A DNA stretch of 64,000 nucleotides from an uncultured Bacteroidales bacterium (GCA_963732115.1 CAVSYN010000005.1:129410-193409), one strand, 5' to 3'; counted from the first letter of the stretch, positions 29,221 to 40,041 are shown. The notes: a model not told the origin generated them from the letters alone. Numbers and translations are program-made.

Positions 29221-31125
29221 TTATTTCTGATCTACAGCGGCTTTTCTTACCTTTTCAAGCAGCTGGTAAGCGTCATAATTATAAACAGGCCTTAAGTTCC
29301 AGCTTTTTTCAAGTACTTCAAGCGCTTCCCTGTATTTGCCCTGTTTATAGAGGCCGAGACCTTTGTTTCCAAGATAAATTATGCTGTTAGGCTTTAATTT
29401 CAGAGCATTATCCATAAGTGTCAGGCCTTCATCCAGATTCTTGTTCTGATAGATAAAGAACATTCCGAGGTTATTCATGCATGTCGGATTCTCAGGTGAG
29501 GCAGCAAGGGCTTTACGGTAACATTTTTCCGCTTTATCAGGATAGCCGCCCTCGGTGTATAGATAGCCAAGTGCCGGGGCCATATCAAGATCTGAAACAG
29601 AGTTATCTTTAAGCAGCGACATGAATTTGTCGATATACTGGTTCGCAGTAACGGTATCCTTTATAGATAAATAAAGGATTGCCTGTCTCTGGCTTAAAGA
29701 CCAGTCAGCCGGAAAATCATGTTCTGCTTTTGTGTACAGCTTTTTTTCTTCCTTGTATTGTCCTGTTTTTTGGTACGCAAATCCAAGCATAATGTAATCC
29801 TGGGACCATCGCGGTTTTGCTCCCCATTTATCATAGGTTTTAAGAGCTTTTTTCATAGCATCGATCGCTTTGTCATACTGATCAAGAGCTACATAAATAC
29901 GGCCTAATTCATAAAACATCCCCGGACTCTGATCGTCTATGTCAAGGACCTGGTTAAGGTACTTTATTTCCTCCATGGGCGTCTCAAAGAGCATCGCGTG
30001 AAGCCAGCTTACGTGAATATTCTCACCAAGGTTAAGTTTATTTCTTTGTTCATAAACTTTAAGGCACCATTTTTTTGCAGGATCGTATTGCTGATAGTTA
30101 GTGTGAGCAACCGAAATCATGATCTTCGGCAAAAGAAAAGTTGAGTCGAGCGACAATGACTGACTGTAGAATTTAATTGCAGTCACATAGTCCATTTTTT
30201 TAAAAAAAGCATCATTCCCATAAAGGTAATACCTGTAGGCATCTGATGAATTTGTAGGCGGAATATACTTGTTCGGATAGGGTGAATCTTTCAGCAGCTT
30301 TGATATGATCAGGGCGTCTTTTACCATTCCTGACAAGGAATCGATAACCTGGAGGATTTTCTTATATGTTCCGTCAAGCTGGAAGGACTTGTATACCACT
30401 TCTGTTTTCGAGTTGATCAGCTGTGTATTCAGCCGTATAGTTGAGTCTGCCTGGTTAATACTCCCGAATACGAGGATGCTGGCGTTCAGCTTTTGTGAGA
30501 CGGCATTTGCCAGTGAAGGGGTGATTGAGGCATAACTGGTTGTACCTGTGCTGCTTAGTATGCTGTTAATGGTTTGGGTCTGCCGGACTTTTAATTCTTC
30601 AGCATTGGTCAGAGATGCTATCATTTCATTCTGTATCCCTCCCTGCCAGACATTCCACATAGTATCGCCTGTCATGTTCTGAAAGGGCATTACGGCAACA
30701 GAGATCTTACCATCAGCTGACCTGATGTTCCTCAGATTGTCTGTATTGAATATCCTCGACAGGGCAAGTATAGAAACGACAATGATCAGAACTCCAATAA
30801 CAAGGTCACTCGGTTTAAGCGGCCTTCTGCCAGGACCTGAGGTAGCTTTCGGTTCGGTTATTTCTTCAATCTTTTCGGTCTTTTTTATGCCTTCCGGAGT
30901 GTAATCGAACAACCAGGCAAGGATCACTGTCACAGGCAGTCCAAGGATAAGGAGGAAAATCACAAGGGTTGCCACCCATGAAGGGAAATGCAGGGGGGTT
31001 GAGATGTTATTTATTACCTCGATTATGATGTAGGCAGTTCCTGCATACATTGCAGCCACCCTGAAGACCTTACGTCTTTTCAGTTCAAGCCAGAATCTTG
31101 TAAATCCACCTGGTTTTTCCGACAT
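29221..31125 (-). CDS. Membrane-anchored TPR protein (paralog 1), no recognisable output domain
   Basis: Intact 634-aa ORF, collinear with 27166..29076 (FWLELKRRKVFRV, ISVAVMPFQNMTGD, LYKQGKYREALEVLEKS). It starts 35 nt after the susD stop. Confidence 0.75.
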   Translation of the reverse strand: MSEKPGGFTRFWLELKRRKVFRVAAMYAGTAYIIIEVINNISTPLHFPSWVATLVIFLLILGLPVTVILAWLFDYTPEGIKKTEKIEEITEPKATSGPGRRPLKPSDLVIGVLIIVVSILALSRIFNTDNLRNIRSADGKISVAVMPFQNMTGDTMWNVWQGGIQNEMIASLTNAEELKVRQTQTINSILSSTGTTSYASITPSLANAVSQKLNASILVFGSINQADSTIRLNTQLINSKTEVVYKSFQLDGTYKKILQVIDSLSGMVKDALIISKLLKDSPYPNKYIPPTNSSDAYRYYLYGNDAFFKKMDYVTAIKFYSQSLSLDSTFLLPKIMISVAHTNYQQYDPAKKWCLKVYEQRNKLNLGENIHVSWLHAMLFETPMEEIKYLNQVLDIDDQSPGMFYELGRIYVALDQYDKAIDAMKKALKTYDKWGAKPRWSQDYIMLGFAYQKTGQYKEEKKLYTKAEHDFPADWSLSQRQAILYLSIKDTVTANQYIDKFMSLLKDNSVSDLDMAPALGYLYTEGGYPDKAEKCYRKALAASPENPTCMNNLGMFFIYQNKNLDEGLTLMDNALKLKPNSIIYLGNKGLGLYKQGKYREALEVLEKSWNLRPVYNYDAYQLLEKVRKAAVDQK

Positions 31126-31160
31126 AGATAATCTAAGTTTTAAAATAATAGTACTGCCTC

Positions 31161-32609
31161 TTACAGGGGATTTTGAACCATCAATGGATTGGCGTCAATC
31201 TCCTGCTTCGGGATCAGAAAAACAAAGTTCTTATCCCCTGCTGCAAAGAAGCCGGCTGCATTCCAAAGGGATTCCGTATGACCTAAATTGGCTCTGTTCA
31301 GATCGAGATTCAGACGTTTGAGATCAAAAAATCGGAAACCTTCCCCCCAGAGTTCACAACGACGCTGCATTAAAATATGCTGCAAAAGCTTATCACCGGT
31401 TAGAGTCTTTTTCACATATGATGGATCCCTTTTAACAATCAGGTTGTAAAGAGCTGCCTGGGCATCGGCATCTCTTCCACCCTGACGGGCTATTGCTTCA
31501 GCCTCAATAAGATACATCTCCCCGGATTTCATGTATAAGTAATCATTGGTCCATTTGCCATTGCCGGTGAATTTCTTGCCAACCCGTGGCTTTGCACTAA
31601 TCGTAACAAATTGTTGTTTACGTATATCAGTTGAGCTTAAAGAATCATAAAGAGCCGTGCTAGCCAGCTTATGGTTGCCAAGCGTGGCATAGCCTCCGAA
31701 ATACGGATCGATGTGAGAGAAAAATGAGGCATAGCTGGTTTGCTGCTCATCGATCAGGACTGCTCCCCACATCCATTCAGGATCGGATGTGCTGTTCATC
31801 CCGCTTCCGTAGGCAGTGGTAAGAGGGAAACCGGTACGCGCCGCAACTGCCATGGTTTCAGCTGTTGCCCATTGCCCTGTTGTTAATGCAACTCTTGCTT
31901 TTATTCCCTGTGCAACCCTGAGGTTGATCTCAGACTTGTTTACCCGTGATGTTGTAGATGCAGTGAACAGGGCTATTGCATCATCAATATCCTTGTTGAT
32001 CTGGGTATAAACCTGGGCAACTGTCGATCGTGCCAGGCCTGTCTGGGTAGGCTCCAGTACAAGCGGTATACCAAGCTGGCTGTTTGCTCCTCCAATATCA
32101 TACCTGTCGGCGTACAACTGTACCATCTGGAAAAAACTAAAAGCCCTGTAAGTAAGACACTGGCCTTTAATATTTTGAACCTTAGGAACATTTGCAGCTA
32201 TTGCCGCATCGGAGGCATTATCAATATTGGCTAGAATAATATTTGCGTTATCAACTATGTCGTAGTAGTATGACCAGACAAATTCAAGATTCCCCGAGTT
32301 AATATTCCTGTGTTCGAGGTACTGATACCATGTAACGAACCAGCCGTATCCGCGTTCGGTCTGATAGAAGTCTTCTCCAAGTAAATCAACGATCAGGTCA
32401 ACCGATTTTTGTCCGAACCTGTCATGCGACCCATAGAAGGTGTAAGTTGAACGATGGATCCCCTGCAGGAGCGTCTGGTTTCCTACCACGGTCGATAAAA
32501 GGTCCTTCTCCGCCAGGCTTGAGGTCGGGACTCTTTCAAGGTAATCTTTCTCACATCCTGAAATAAGTAACAGGGCAAGGCTTATAAGGGTTAAATATAT
32601 ATTTTTCAT
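31161..32609 (-). CDS. susD: SusD/RagB-family nutrient-binding outer membrane lipoprotein
   Basis: It has a lipobox (LLISGCEKD), is 482 aa long, lies directly downstream of SusC, and has the typical C-terminal pattern (RRCELWGEGFRFFDLKR). Confidence 0.9.
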   Translation of the reverse strand: MKNIYLTLISLALLLISGCEKDYLERVPTSSLAEKDLLSTVVGNQTLLQGIHRSTYTFYGSHDRFGQKSVDLIVDLLGEDFYQTERGYGWFVTWYQYLEHRNINSGNLEFVWSYYYDIVDNANIILANIDNASDAAIAANVPKVQNIKGQCLTYRAFSFFQMVQLYADRYDIGGANSQLGIPLVLEPTQTGLARSTVAQVYTQINKDIDDAIALFTASTTSRVNKSEINLRVAQGIKARVALTTGQWATAETMAVAARTGFPLTTAYGSGMNSTSDPEWMWGAVLIDEQQTSYASFFSHIDPYFGGYATLGNHKLASTALYDSLSSTDIRKQQFVTISAKPRVGKKFTGNGKWTNDYLYMKSGEMYLIEAEAIARQGGRDADAQAALYNLIVKRDPSYVKKTLTGDKLLQHILMQRRCELWGEGFRFFDLKRLNLDLNRANLGHTESLWNAAGFFAAGDKNFVFLIPKQEIDANPLMVQNPL

Positions 32610-32620
32610 TGTTTTACAGG

Positions 32621-35600
32621 TTAGAATGTTACATTAACTCCGAAACTAATAATTCTGCTCGGGACATAAGTAAAGTCAGCTGTTCCGGCGAACGATTGTT
32701 GTGGATCCATTCCTTTTCGTTTGGAAATCAATCCGAGGTTATCTCCTGTTGCAAATACCCTTAGCATCGACATATCAAGTGCGCCAGCAATTGATAGCGG
32801 AAAATTATATGATAAGGTCACATTTCTGAGCGAAATGAAACTGGCGCTGGTCAGGTAACGGGATGCAGGTGAAAATGCTGCTGCATATGAATTCTGAAGA
32901 CGCGGAACATTTGTAACATCACCCGGTTTCTGCCACCGGTCGAGGATATCGGTCGACCAGGCGGTTCCGAAAGATCCCGGGTGCATTAAGCCTGCCCAGT
33001 TCGAATCGTACATTTTGCCGCCGACAGAGTAAGTAACCAGGGCTGATAATTCAAAGCCCTTATAGCTTAAGCTGTTGGTAATTCCTCCATAAATGTCAGG
33101 AATTGAACTTCCTGAATAATAATAGCTTGCTGCGTTCTGATCCTTTGTTGTCTCGGTTCCCGTGACATTCCCCTCTGAATCCTTGATATCTTTATAGTAG
33201 AGTGCGCTCCCGTCGCCTGGATCGACTCCTGCCCATCCTCTTAACCAGAAATCATAGATTGAATGGCCCTCCGACAGTTTCTTTGTCCCTGAAATAATTT
33301 CCTGCGGCTTACCATCTGTTCCAAGCGGCATTTTGGTTATTTTGTTTTTATAGGTTGTTGCGTTAATTTCAAGGTTCCATATCAGGCTGTTTGACTTGAT
33401 TATGTCGACCCCCAATTCTATTTCAAAACCTTTATTGTTCATCGATCCGATATTTTCCCATTTTGATGAGATACCGGTTGATTGGGGAAGAGGGACACTG
33501 AATAACAGGTTGCTGGAATTGCGGATAAAATACTCAACTGTTCCGGTTATCCTGTTCAATAAAACAAATTCTGCACCCACATTCAGATTTGCGTTTTTCT
33601 CCCATTGTAAATATTTATTTTCCAGCTGTATATGAATAGCTCCGTTGTAATTGCCATTATTTCTACCGGAAATGGAAAAAAGACTTTGCCAACCATAATA
33701 GTTACCTATATCATCATTACCCTGTTCACCGAATGAAGCTTTTAATTTGAGATCATTGATCCAGGAGAAGTGTTCCATAAATGGTTCCTTGCTTAGTCTC
33801 CAAGATCCTCCCAGCGACCAGAAAGATCCCCAGCGTACATCCTTGTAGAATCTTGAAGAACCGTCGGTCCGGTAGGAGCCTGAAAAATAGTACTTGTCTG
33901 AAAAGTTGTAATCACCTCTGAAAAGGTAACCCTCAAGAGCGTAAACGTCAGCATATGATGAGGATCCTTCTGCAACAGAACCGGCTACAAGCTGAGTGGT
34001 CCGAATCGTGAAACCAGTTCTTGTTGCGGACACATTTTCCCAGTCATACTGATAGTTTTCGTGCCCGGCCATTAACGACACTTTATGCATTCCAAAAGAT
34101 CTATTCCATGAAAGGATCTGGTTGAATGTGTAGGAATTCACCTTTCTGTACTCCTTTGTCGACCGTCCCTTGACCGCTTCGGCATCTGCATACTGGTAGT
34201 TCTGGTAGGTGGTCAGGAAATAGTTTGTCTGATCGGTATTGCCCGATACCCTGAATTTAAAGTCCTTTAAAAATGTTATTTCAGTTCCGACTCGGGCAGA
34301 GAATGTACCTAAGGCGGTAGATCTCTCATCAAGCGGGAGAGTAAGCATCAGGTTTGAGTTTGGAGCGTATGGACGGGTATGTCCGGCCCATTTGTAAATG
34401 CTTGTACCTCCTCCGAGGTCAAACATCGGGTCATTATTGGCATCCATAATTATTTTCCCTGAAGCGTCGCGCTGCCAGATCGGATAAATCGGACCCATCA
34501 TCCTGCCATAATAGAACGGATTGGTTGTGTAAGTACCTTCCGCCAGAAAACCTGTCTGCTTAGATTTTGCACCTGAAAGAGAAACATCCATTTTCAGCCA
34601 TTTATTCACTCTGGCTTCTGCCCCGACTCTTCCTGTAAAACGGTCATAATCTGACCATTTAACCATCCCCTCCTCGTTCAGGTAGGCAACCGATGCAAAA
34701 TAGCTTGTATTATCGTTACCACCGCTCAAGGACAGGTTATAATCCTGCCGGAGCCCTGTTCGGGCAAGGTTCTTATTCCAGTCGTCATAGTAAAGAAGAT
34801 GTGCACCGGAATTCAGCTTGCCATCCAGTCCTACCAGCGCATCGTTTGCTACGTCATATACATTGTATCCGCCAAGCTTATTAACAATACCGCTTGTTGT
34901 ATTTCCGCTTGCAAGAGCTGCAGCATTTGTTGGGGTTAATCCATTCGCAATGACAAGCGCATTATACCAGCCTTCCCACATCAGCTCATAATATTCTTTC
35001 GGATCCACCCTGTCATATTCGGGGATAGCGCGGCTTACTGCTCCGAGCGATGCCCTTAAATTTATTTTCGGTTTGCCTGGGGTTCCTTTCTTCGTTGTAA
35101 TAATAATTACCCCGTTTGCTCCGCGAGCGCCATACAATGCCGCAGAGGTTGCATCCTTCAAAACTGAAATGGATTCAATGTCATTTGTATTTATCGAGTT
35201 CAGGCTTCCATCATATGGTGCGCCATCAACCACATACAAGGGTGAGCTTGAGGCGTTTATCGAGCCAATGCCCCGTATCCTGATATTGGCGCTCGAACCG
35301 GGCTGTCCGGTTCCCCCAGTAACCTGGACACCGGCAGCCACACCTTCAAGAGCTTTTGCCGGTGAAGCTGTCTGAATTTTCACGATCTGGTCGGATTTTA
35401 CTTTATCGACTGAGCCTGTAAAAGAGGATTTTGTTGACGTTCCGTAGGCAATTACCACAACTTCGTCAATATTTACAACATCGGTCACAAGGGCCACATC
35501 AATGATATTTCTGCCGTTGATCGGAACTTCCTGACTGATCATTCCAATAAAGGAAAACACTAATGTTGCAGCCGATTCAGGTACAGTGATCTGGTATTCA

Positions 35601-35773
35601 CCGTCAGCGCCGGTAAAGGTGCCGGCAGTGGTTCCCTTTACAAGGACATTGACTCCGGGGATTGGTGTTCCGTCTTCCTGAGATTTAACGGTCCCCGTGA
35701 TCTGCACTGTTTGAGCTAGTAAAAGCGAACATGTTATGAACAACATTATGAAAAGACTAAAGATTTTTTTCAT
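32621..35773 (-). CDS. susC: SusC/RagA-family TonB-dependent transporter
   Basis: Intact 1050-aa ORF. It has a carboxypeptidase-regulatory-like N-domain (ITGTVKSQEDGTPIPGVNVLVKGT), a plug (SAALYGARGANGVIIITTKKG) and a barrel ending in FGVNVTF. Confidence 0.92.
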   Translation of the reverse strand: MKKIFSLFIMLFITCSLLLAQTVQITGTVKSQEDGTPIPGVNVLVKGTTAGTFTGADGEYQITVPESAATLVFSFIGMISQEVPINGRNIIDVALVTDVVNIDEVVVIAYGTSTKSSFTGSVDKVKSDQIVKIQTASPAKALEGVAAGVQVTGGTGQPGSSANIRIRGIGSINASSSPLYVVDGAPYDGSLNSINTNDIESISVLKDATSAALYGARGANGVIIITTKKGTPGKPKINLRASLGAVSRAIPEYDRVDPKEYYELMWEGWYNALVIANGLTPTNAAALASGNTTSGIVNKLGGYNVYDVANDALVGLDGKLNSGAHLLYYDDWNKNLARTGLRQDYNLSLSGGNDNTSYFASVAYLNEEGMVKWSDYDRFTGRVGAEARVNKWLKMDVSLSGAKSKQTGFLAEGTYTTNPFYYGRMMGPIYPIWQRDASGKIIMDANNDPMFDLGGGTSIYKWAGHTRPYAPNSNLMLTLPLDERSTALGTFSARVGTEITFLKDFKFRVSGNTDQTNYFLTTYQNYQYADAEAVKGRSTKEYRKVNSYTFNQILSWNRSFGMHKVSLMAGHENYQYDWENVSATRTGFTIRTTQLVAGSVAEGSSSYADVYALEGYLFRGDYNFSDKYYFSGSYRTDGSSRFYKDVRWGSFWSLGGSWRLSKEPFMEHFSWINDLKLKASFGEQGNDDIGNYYGWQSLFSISGRNNGNYNGAIHIQLENKYLQWEKNANLNVGAEFVLLNRITGTVEYFIRNSSNLLFSVPLPQSTGISSKWENIGSMNNKGFEIELGVDIIKSNSLIWNLEINATTYKNKITKMPLGTDGKPQEIISGTKKLSEGHSIYDFWLRGWAGVDPGDGSALYYKDIKDSEGNVTGTETTKDQNAASYYYSGSSIPDIYGGITNSLSYKGFELSALVTYSVGGKMYDSNWAGLMHPGSFGTAWSTDILDRWQKPGDVTNVPRLQNSYAAAFSPASRYLTSASFISLRNVTLSYNFPLSIAGALDMSMLRVFATGDNLGLISKRKGMDPQQSFAGTADFTYVPSRIISFGVNVTF

Positions 35774-36166
35774 AACCTGAGGTTTAAGTTAGATAGAAAC
35801 AATTGCTGGGTTTAGAATTAATCAGTTTTAGGTTTGCGAACCAATATTATAAGCAGACAATTCAGATCAGAAACCTGGATTGTCTGCAAAGGGGCCAGCC
35901 GGTTTAAGTTACCAGCCAATATTGCATATAATATATCAAAGTTACATTTTGTTTAAGTTGAAATCAATTTTATTTTAACAAACAGCTTTTATAAATGCTA
36001 AGTTCGGATACCGGAATATCAAAATCCACCTCTTTTGTTTCAAAAAATAGCAATTTTGTTACATTTTGAGGTAAAAATGACTGAAAGACAGGATTTCCGG
36101 ATTCAGACCGAACAGTCCGTAATGGATAGTTAAACTGAAGAGCAGGTAAATTAGTCTTAGTGAATT

Positions 36167-37309
36167 CTACTGGTATACCCTTATATAATCTATTATCATA
36201 TGCTGGGGAAACACAGTAGTCCCGTCAGGAGGACCCGGCCAGTTTCCTCCTACTGCAACATTGAAGATAAAAAACTGCGGGAAGTCAAAAGGGAATGCGC
36301 TGATCTCAGCGCGACCCAGGTGGAAAAACTGGTGATTATCAACATACCAGTTCAGGTTATTTGGGGTCCAGACTAGACTGAATTTATGAAATCCCGAGCT
36401 GAACTTGCCGGTCAGTAACGAAAATTCATTTGTCCTGCTTAAGTGGCCGTTTGAATCCCAGTGGATAGCCCCGTGCACGATGGAAGGTGTGTTTCCGAGG
36501 AGCTCCATAATATCAATTTCGCCACATTTTGGCCATCCGACAGTTGAAAAATTTGCTCCCAGCATCCAGAGGGCGGGCCATAATCCTTTACCTTCGGGCA
36601 ATTTGGCACGGATTTCAACCCGGCCATAAGTGAATTCCTTTTTGCTTTTAGTTGTGATCCTTCCGGATGTATATGAAGATGTTCCTGAAGGATTAAGTGC
36701 AGAAATATGCAGATAGCCTGAATCGATATGTACATTATCAATGGAATTTGTATAGTTCTCAAGTTCATTATTCCCCCAGCCGGTTGCACCCTGTTCGTAA
36801 TTCCAGGTTGCAGTATTAACAGGACCTGTGATGAATTCATCGCTCCAGACCAGCTTACCATAATCGACATTGACAATCTTAACTGCCGTGTGTGCCGATA
36901 TAAGAACCGCATTCACCGGATTACTTAACACGACACTGAAATAAACATTTTCTTTTTTTGCAGTATCCTGAAGGATGTCGATTTTTATATCTTTTGAAGT
37001 CTCCCCAGCCTCAAAAATCAGCTTCCCTGATGCAACAGACACATAGTCTTTCCCGGCAATTGCGGTGCTATCAACAGTCCTATATTCAATGCTGACTTCT
37101 TTATCACTTGTGCCGGAGAGAGTTACAGTTATGCTGACTGAAGATGCCGGAGCATCTTCAGAAATCGTAAAAACTGAATTACTGACTGATATTCCGGGAG
37201 GGGATGATGGAGCCTCCTTTTTACATGTGATCAACAAGAATGAAAATGAGACACCAATGCTGATAAGAAGCAAAATGTGTTTAAGATCAATGTCACAATT
37301 GTTATTCAT
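36167..37309 (-). CDS. GH16 family beta-glucanase (laminarinase-like) lipoprotein with an N-terminal Calx-beta-like domain
   Basis: The GH16 catalytic motif is GEIDIMELLG. The Calx-beta-like segment is VSITVTLSG...VSIEYRTVDSTAIAGKDYV...LIFEAGET. The lipobox is LLITCKKE. Confidence 0.85.
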   Translation of the reverse strand: MNNNCDIDLKHILLLISIGVSFSFLLITCKKEAPSSPPGISVSNSVFTISEDAPASSVSITVTLSGTSDKEVSIEYRTVDSTAIAGKDYVSVASGKLIFEAGETSKDIKIDILQDTAKKENVYFSVVLSNPVNAVLISAHTAVKIVNVDYGKLVWSDEFITGPVNTATWNYEQGATGWGNNELENYTNSIDNVHIDSGYLHISALNPSGTSSYTSGRITTKSKKEFTYGRVEIRAKLPEGKGLWPALWMLGANFSTVGWPKCGEIDIMELLGNTPSIVHGAIHWDSNGHLSRTNEFSLLTGKFSSGFHKFSLVWTPNNLNWYVDNHQFFHLGRAEISAFPFDFPQFFIFNVAVGGNWPGPPDGTTVFPQHMIIDYIRVYQ

Positions 37310-37438
37310 AAATGAAACAGTGACTGTTCAGTTTCTGAAAATAATCATTCAGCCAAGATACTAAAGAAAAGGCCATAAGGTTTATTAATTGTTTGGCATA
37401 ATTGTTGTGCATTTTATAAGGTACTAAATGAAGGTAAT

Positions 37439-37859
37439 ATGCTTAAATTCAGTATTAAATTGATTATCGGTTCAGCATTTCATGATATGGCTTGACCTGC
37501 ATTTCAGGGTGCGACAAACAGTATAATCAGGAAACCGGGTTTCTTGAAGGTAAAATATCTATTGGCCCGCTTTGCCCGGTAGAGACGGATCCTCCTCAAC
37601 CGGGATGCCTGCCCACAGCTGAGACTTACAAAGCTTTCCTGGTCAGCATCTGGACACTCAAACGCAAGGAGGAAGGTTGATCAGATCAGTCCGTCACTGG
37701 ATGGTTCTTATATAAGTTGAACTGGCACCGGGAATTATCTGGTCAAACTCGATAAAGAACAACACTCAATTGGTAGGCAGTAACCTGCCGGTTGAGGTCT
37801 CGATTATTTCCCAGAAGGAAACCAAACTGGATATTAATATCGATACGGGAATCAGATAA
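37439..37859 (+). CDS. Small hypothetical lipoprotein, frameshifted
   Basis: It has a lipobox-like CISGCDKQ (ORF 37492..37680). The continuation ...LPVEVSIISQKETKLDINIDTGIR* is in another frame. Confidence 0.3.
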
Positions 37860-37919
37860 TTTCAGTGATTGCTGTCAATCGCGGGATTCCGCTATTATAA
37901 GGTAACAGTCTCTATATTA

Positions 37920-40041
37920 TTAATTTAATTGCAGTGTCTTCTGATCTTCAAGCCATTTCTTAACCCTTTCATGCTCAGCCTGGAATTTTGTTTGCATGTT
38001 CTGAAGGATTTTGCGGAATTTATCATCTTTGCGCAGGCTGTTAAAGAGCGGATCATGTTTTGACCAGTGTAACCCACCACAGGGGATAAAATGATTTCTT
38101 ATCAACTTCTTCAAGGTACTGATATGCCGTTACCCTGTCACCTAAAAATGCATATGTTCCAGCAAGGTCATAATGGCTAGCCTGATATTGCTGACATCGT
38201 GTCTCTTTCAGCTTGATACTTTCGCGTGAATGACTGATTTGCATGTCAAAAAACTTACTTGCTTCGCCGTATTTGCCCATTCTCCAGAAAGCATAGCCAA
38301 TGCGATGCGCCTGGTCGAGATTTATTATTCCGGATTTTTCAAAACTCCTTAAAAGTTTTTTTGCCTGAAGAAATGCTTCACAGTTGTGCTCCATTTCTCC
38401 ATAGAAATACGCAGGTTGCCGGATAATAGCCGAATCAACTTTATTGCCTCATTTCCAAGTCCTTATTGCCTCTTCAAAGTTTTCAAGGCAAAATTCAATG
38501 TCTGATAAATTAAAGAGATACAATCCCTTGTTCCCATCAAATTCAAATGCCTGACGGTAACAACTCTTTGCGCTATCAATGAAACCGACGTCCAGATATG
38601 CCTGTCCTAATCCCCTCAGTAAATCAGGAATATATTCCGGCGGTCCGGTCCTGACAGATTTCCTGATATGCGTCTATTCCCCCGACATAATCGCCTACCA
38701 GTGATGTAAGCAGGTAACCTTTATAGGCAAGGGCATCAGAATGTTCCGGATTTATTTCTATTGATTTATCATAATTGTATAAAGCACCTTCAATATCTCC
38801 TTTTTCAAAACAACATCTGCCAATTACCTGCCAGGCTTCTGCAAGCTGGGGATCATAATGGAGCGCAATATTTGCGAGTACGAGACATGAGTCAAGAAAA
38901 TCCTTTTTAAAATAGGTTTCCCAGAAATACCTTCGCAGATATAAATTGGCAAGGTCTGAATATGCCCTTGCGAACGTTGAATCGAGTTCAAGAGCAGCTT
39001 TGTAAAAGGTAACAGCTCCGGCATAGGCTTTTAAATTGTGGGTATGCTGGTAGTCCTTATAATAACTACCTGCCTTCATGTAAAGTCCGTAAGCTGTCAG
39101 ATTTGCAGTTGGTACCTTTTCAATTAGTTCCTGTTCTTTCAGGGTAATATTAGCATGTAATTCCAAAGCTATTGTTTTTGCAACCTGGCTTTGAATCTTA
39201 AAAATATCTTTTGGTTCAGATATCTCCTGCTCATATGAATGTCCCCAAATTTCCCTGTCTCTGGAAGCTTCTATCAACCGAACTGAGAGATGTAGTATAT
39301 TGCTATATTTCTGTGCACTTCCTTCCACTATATAATTGGCATTCAGTTTCTTTGCGATTTCACGAAGGGACCTGTCAGTGGTTCTGAATTGCTCAACAGA
39401 AGTACGTGATACAACTCTTAAATCATGAATTTTGCTCAGGTTGATTGCAATCTCATCCATTACCCCATCAATATAATCCTTGTCAGCATCACTGTCACTC
39501 AGGTTTTTGAAATGTAAAACGGCTATCGATTTTTCAGGATTGATACCAGGATTGCCGGCATCAGAGGGATAAACAAGGTAAACTAAAACTGCAATCAGGA
39601 GTATTCCTGACGAAGCCAGAGCAATTATCCGCCAGTATGATCTTTTTAATTCCTTATTTGAGTTGGCGGGAGTATGGCGGTTCTCTTCAGTTTTCAGTGC
39701 TAAATTTTTTTTTACTTTTCCTGGCGGATAGCCGAATAACTCATGGAAACATGTATTAAAATACTCCGGGCTCGTGAAGCCAACCTTATATGCGACTTCA
39801 GAGGCTGTTAACGATTCATTCTGGAGCAACTCCGAGAGCTTTCTGCAGGCGTACTTCACGGATAAACTGGTTGATAGTTTTTATGGTTTATAGAATGAAG
39901 CCTGCGATTTAAAGTTGAAGGGCTATGACCATATAAATATGCAAGCTCTTTAACACCAAAGTTTTCATTCTTTAGGTTAGCCAGGATAATTTCGGTCAGC
40001 TTTTTGATAAAAATCTGATCCATTATGAGTGGTTCTGTCAT
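37920..40041 (-). CDS. Membrane-tethered AraC-family HTH regulator with periplasmic sensor-like module and TPR repeats; about five frameshifts
   Basis: The AraC HTH is split at about 39858 (GVKELAYLYGHSPSTLNRRL / ...EVAYKVGFTSPEYFNTCFHELFGYPPG). A TM segment (IIALASSGILLIAVLVYLV) and KSIAVLHFKNLSD follow. The TPRs continue through the fragments 38053..38394 and 37920..38114 (...AEHERVKKWLEDQ). Confidence 0.7.
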
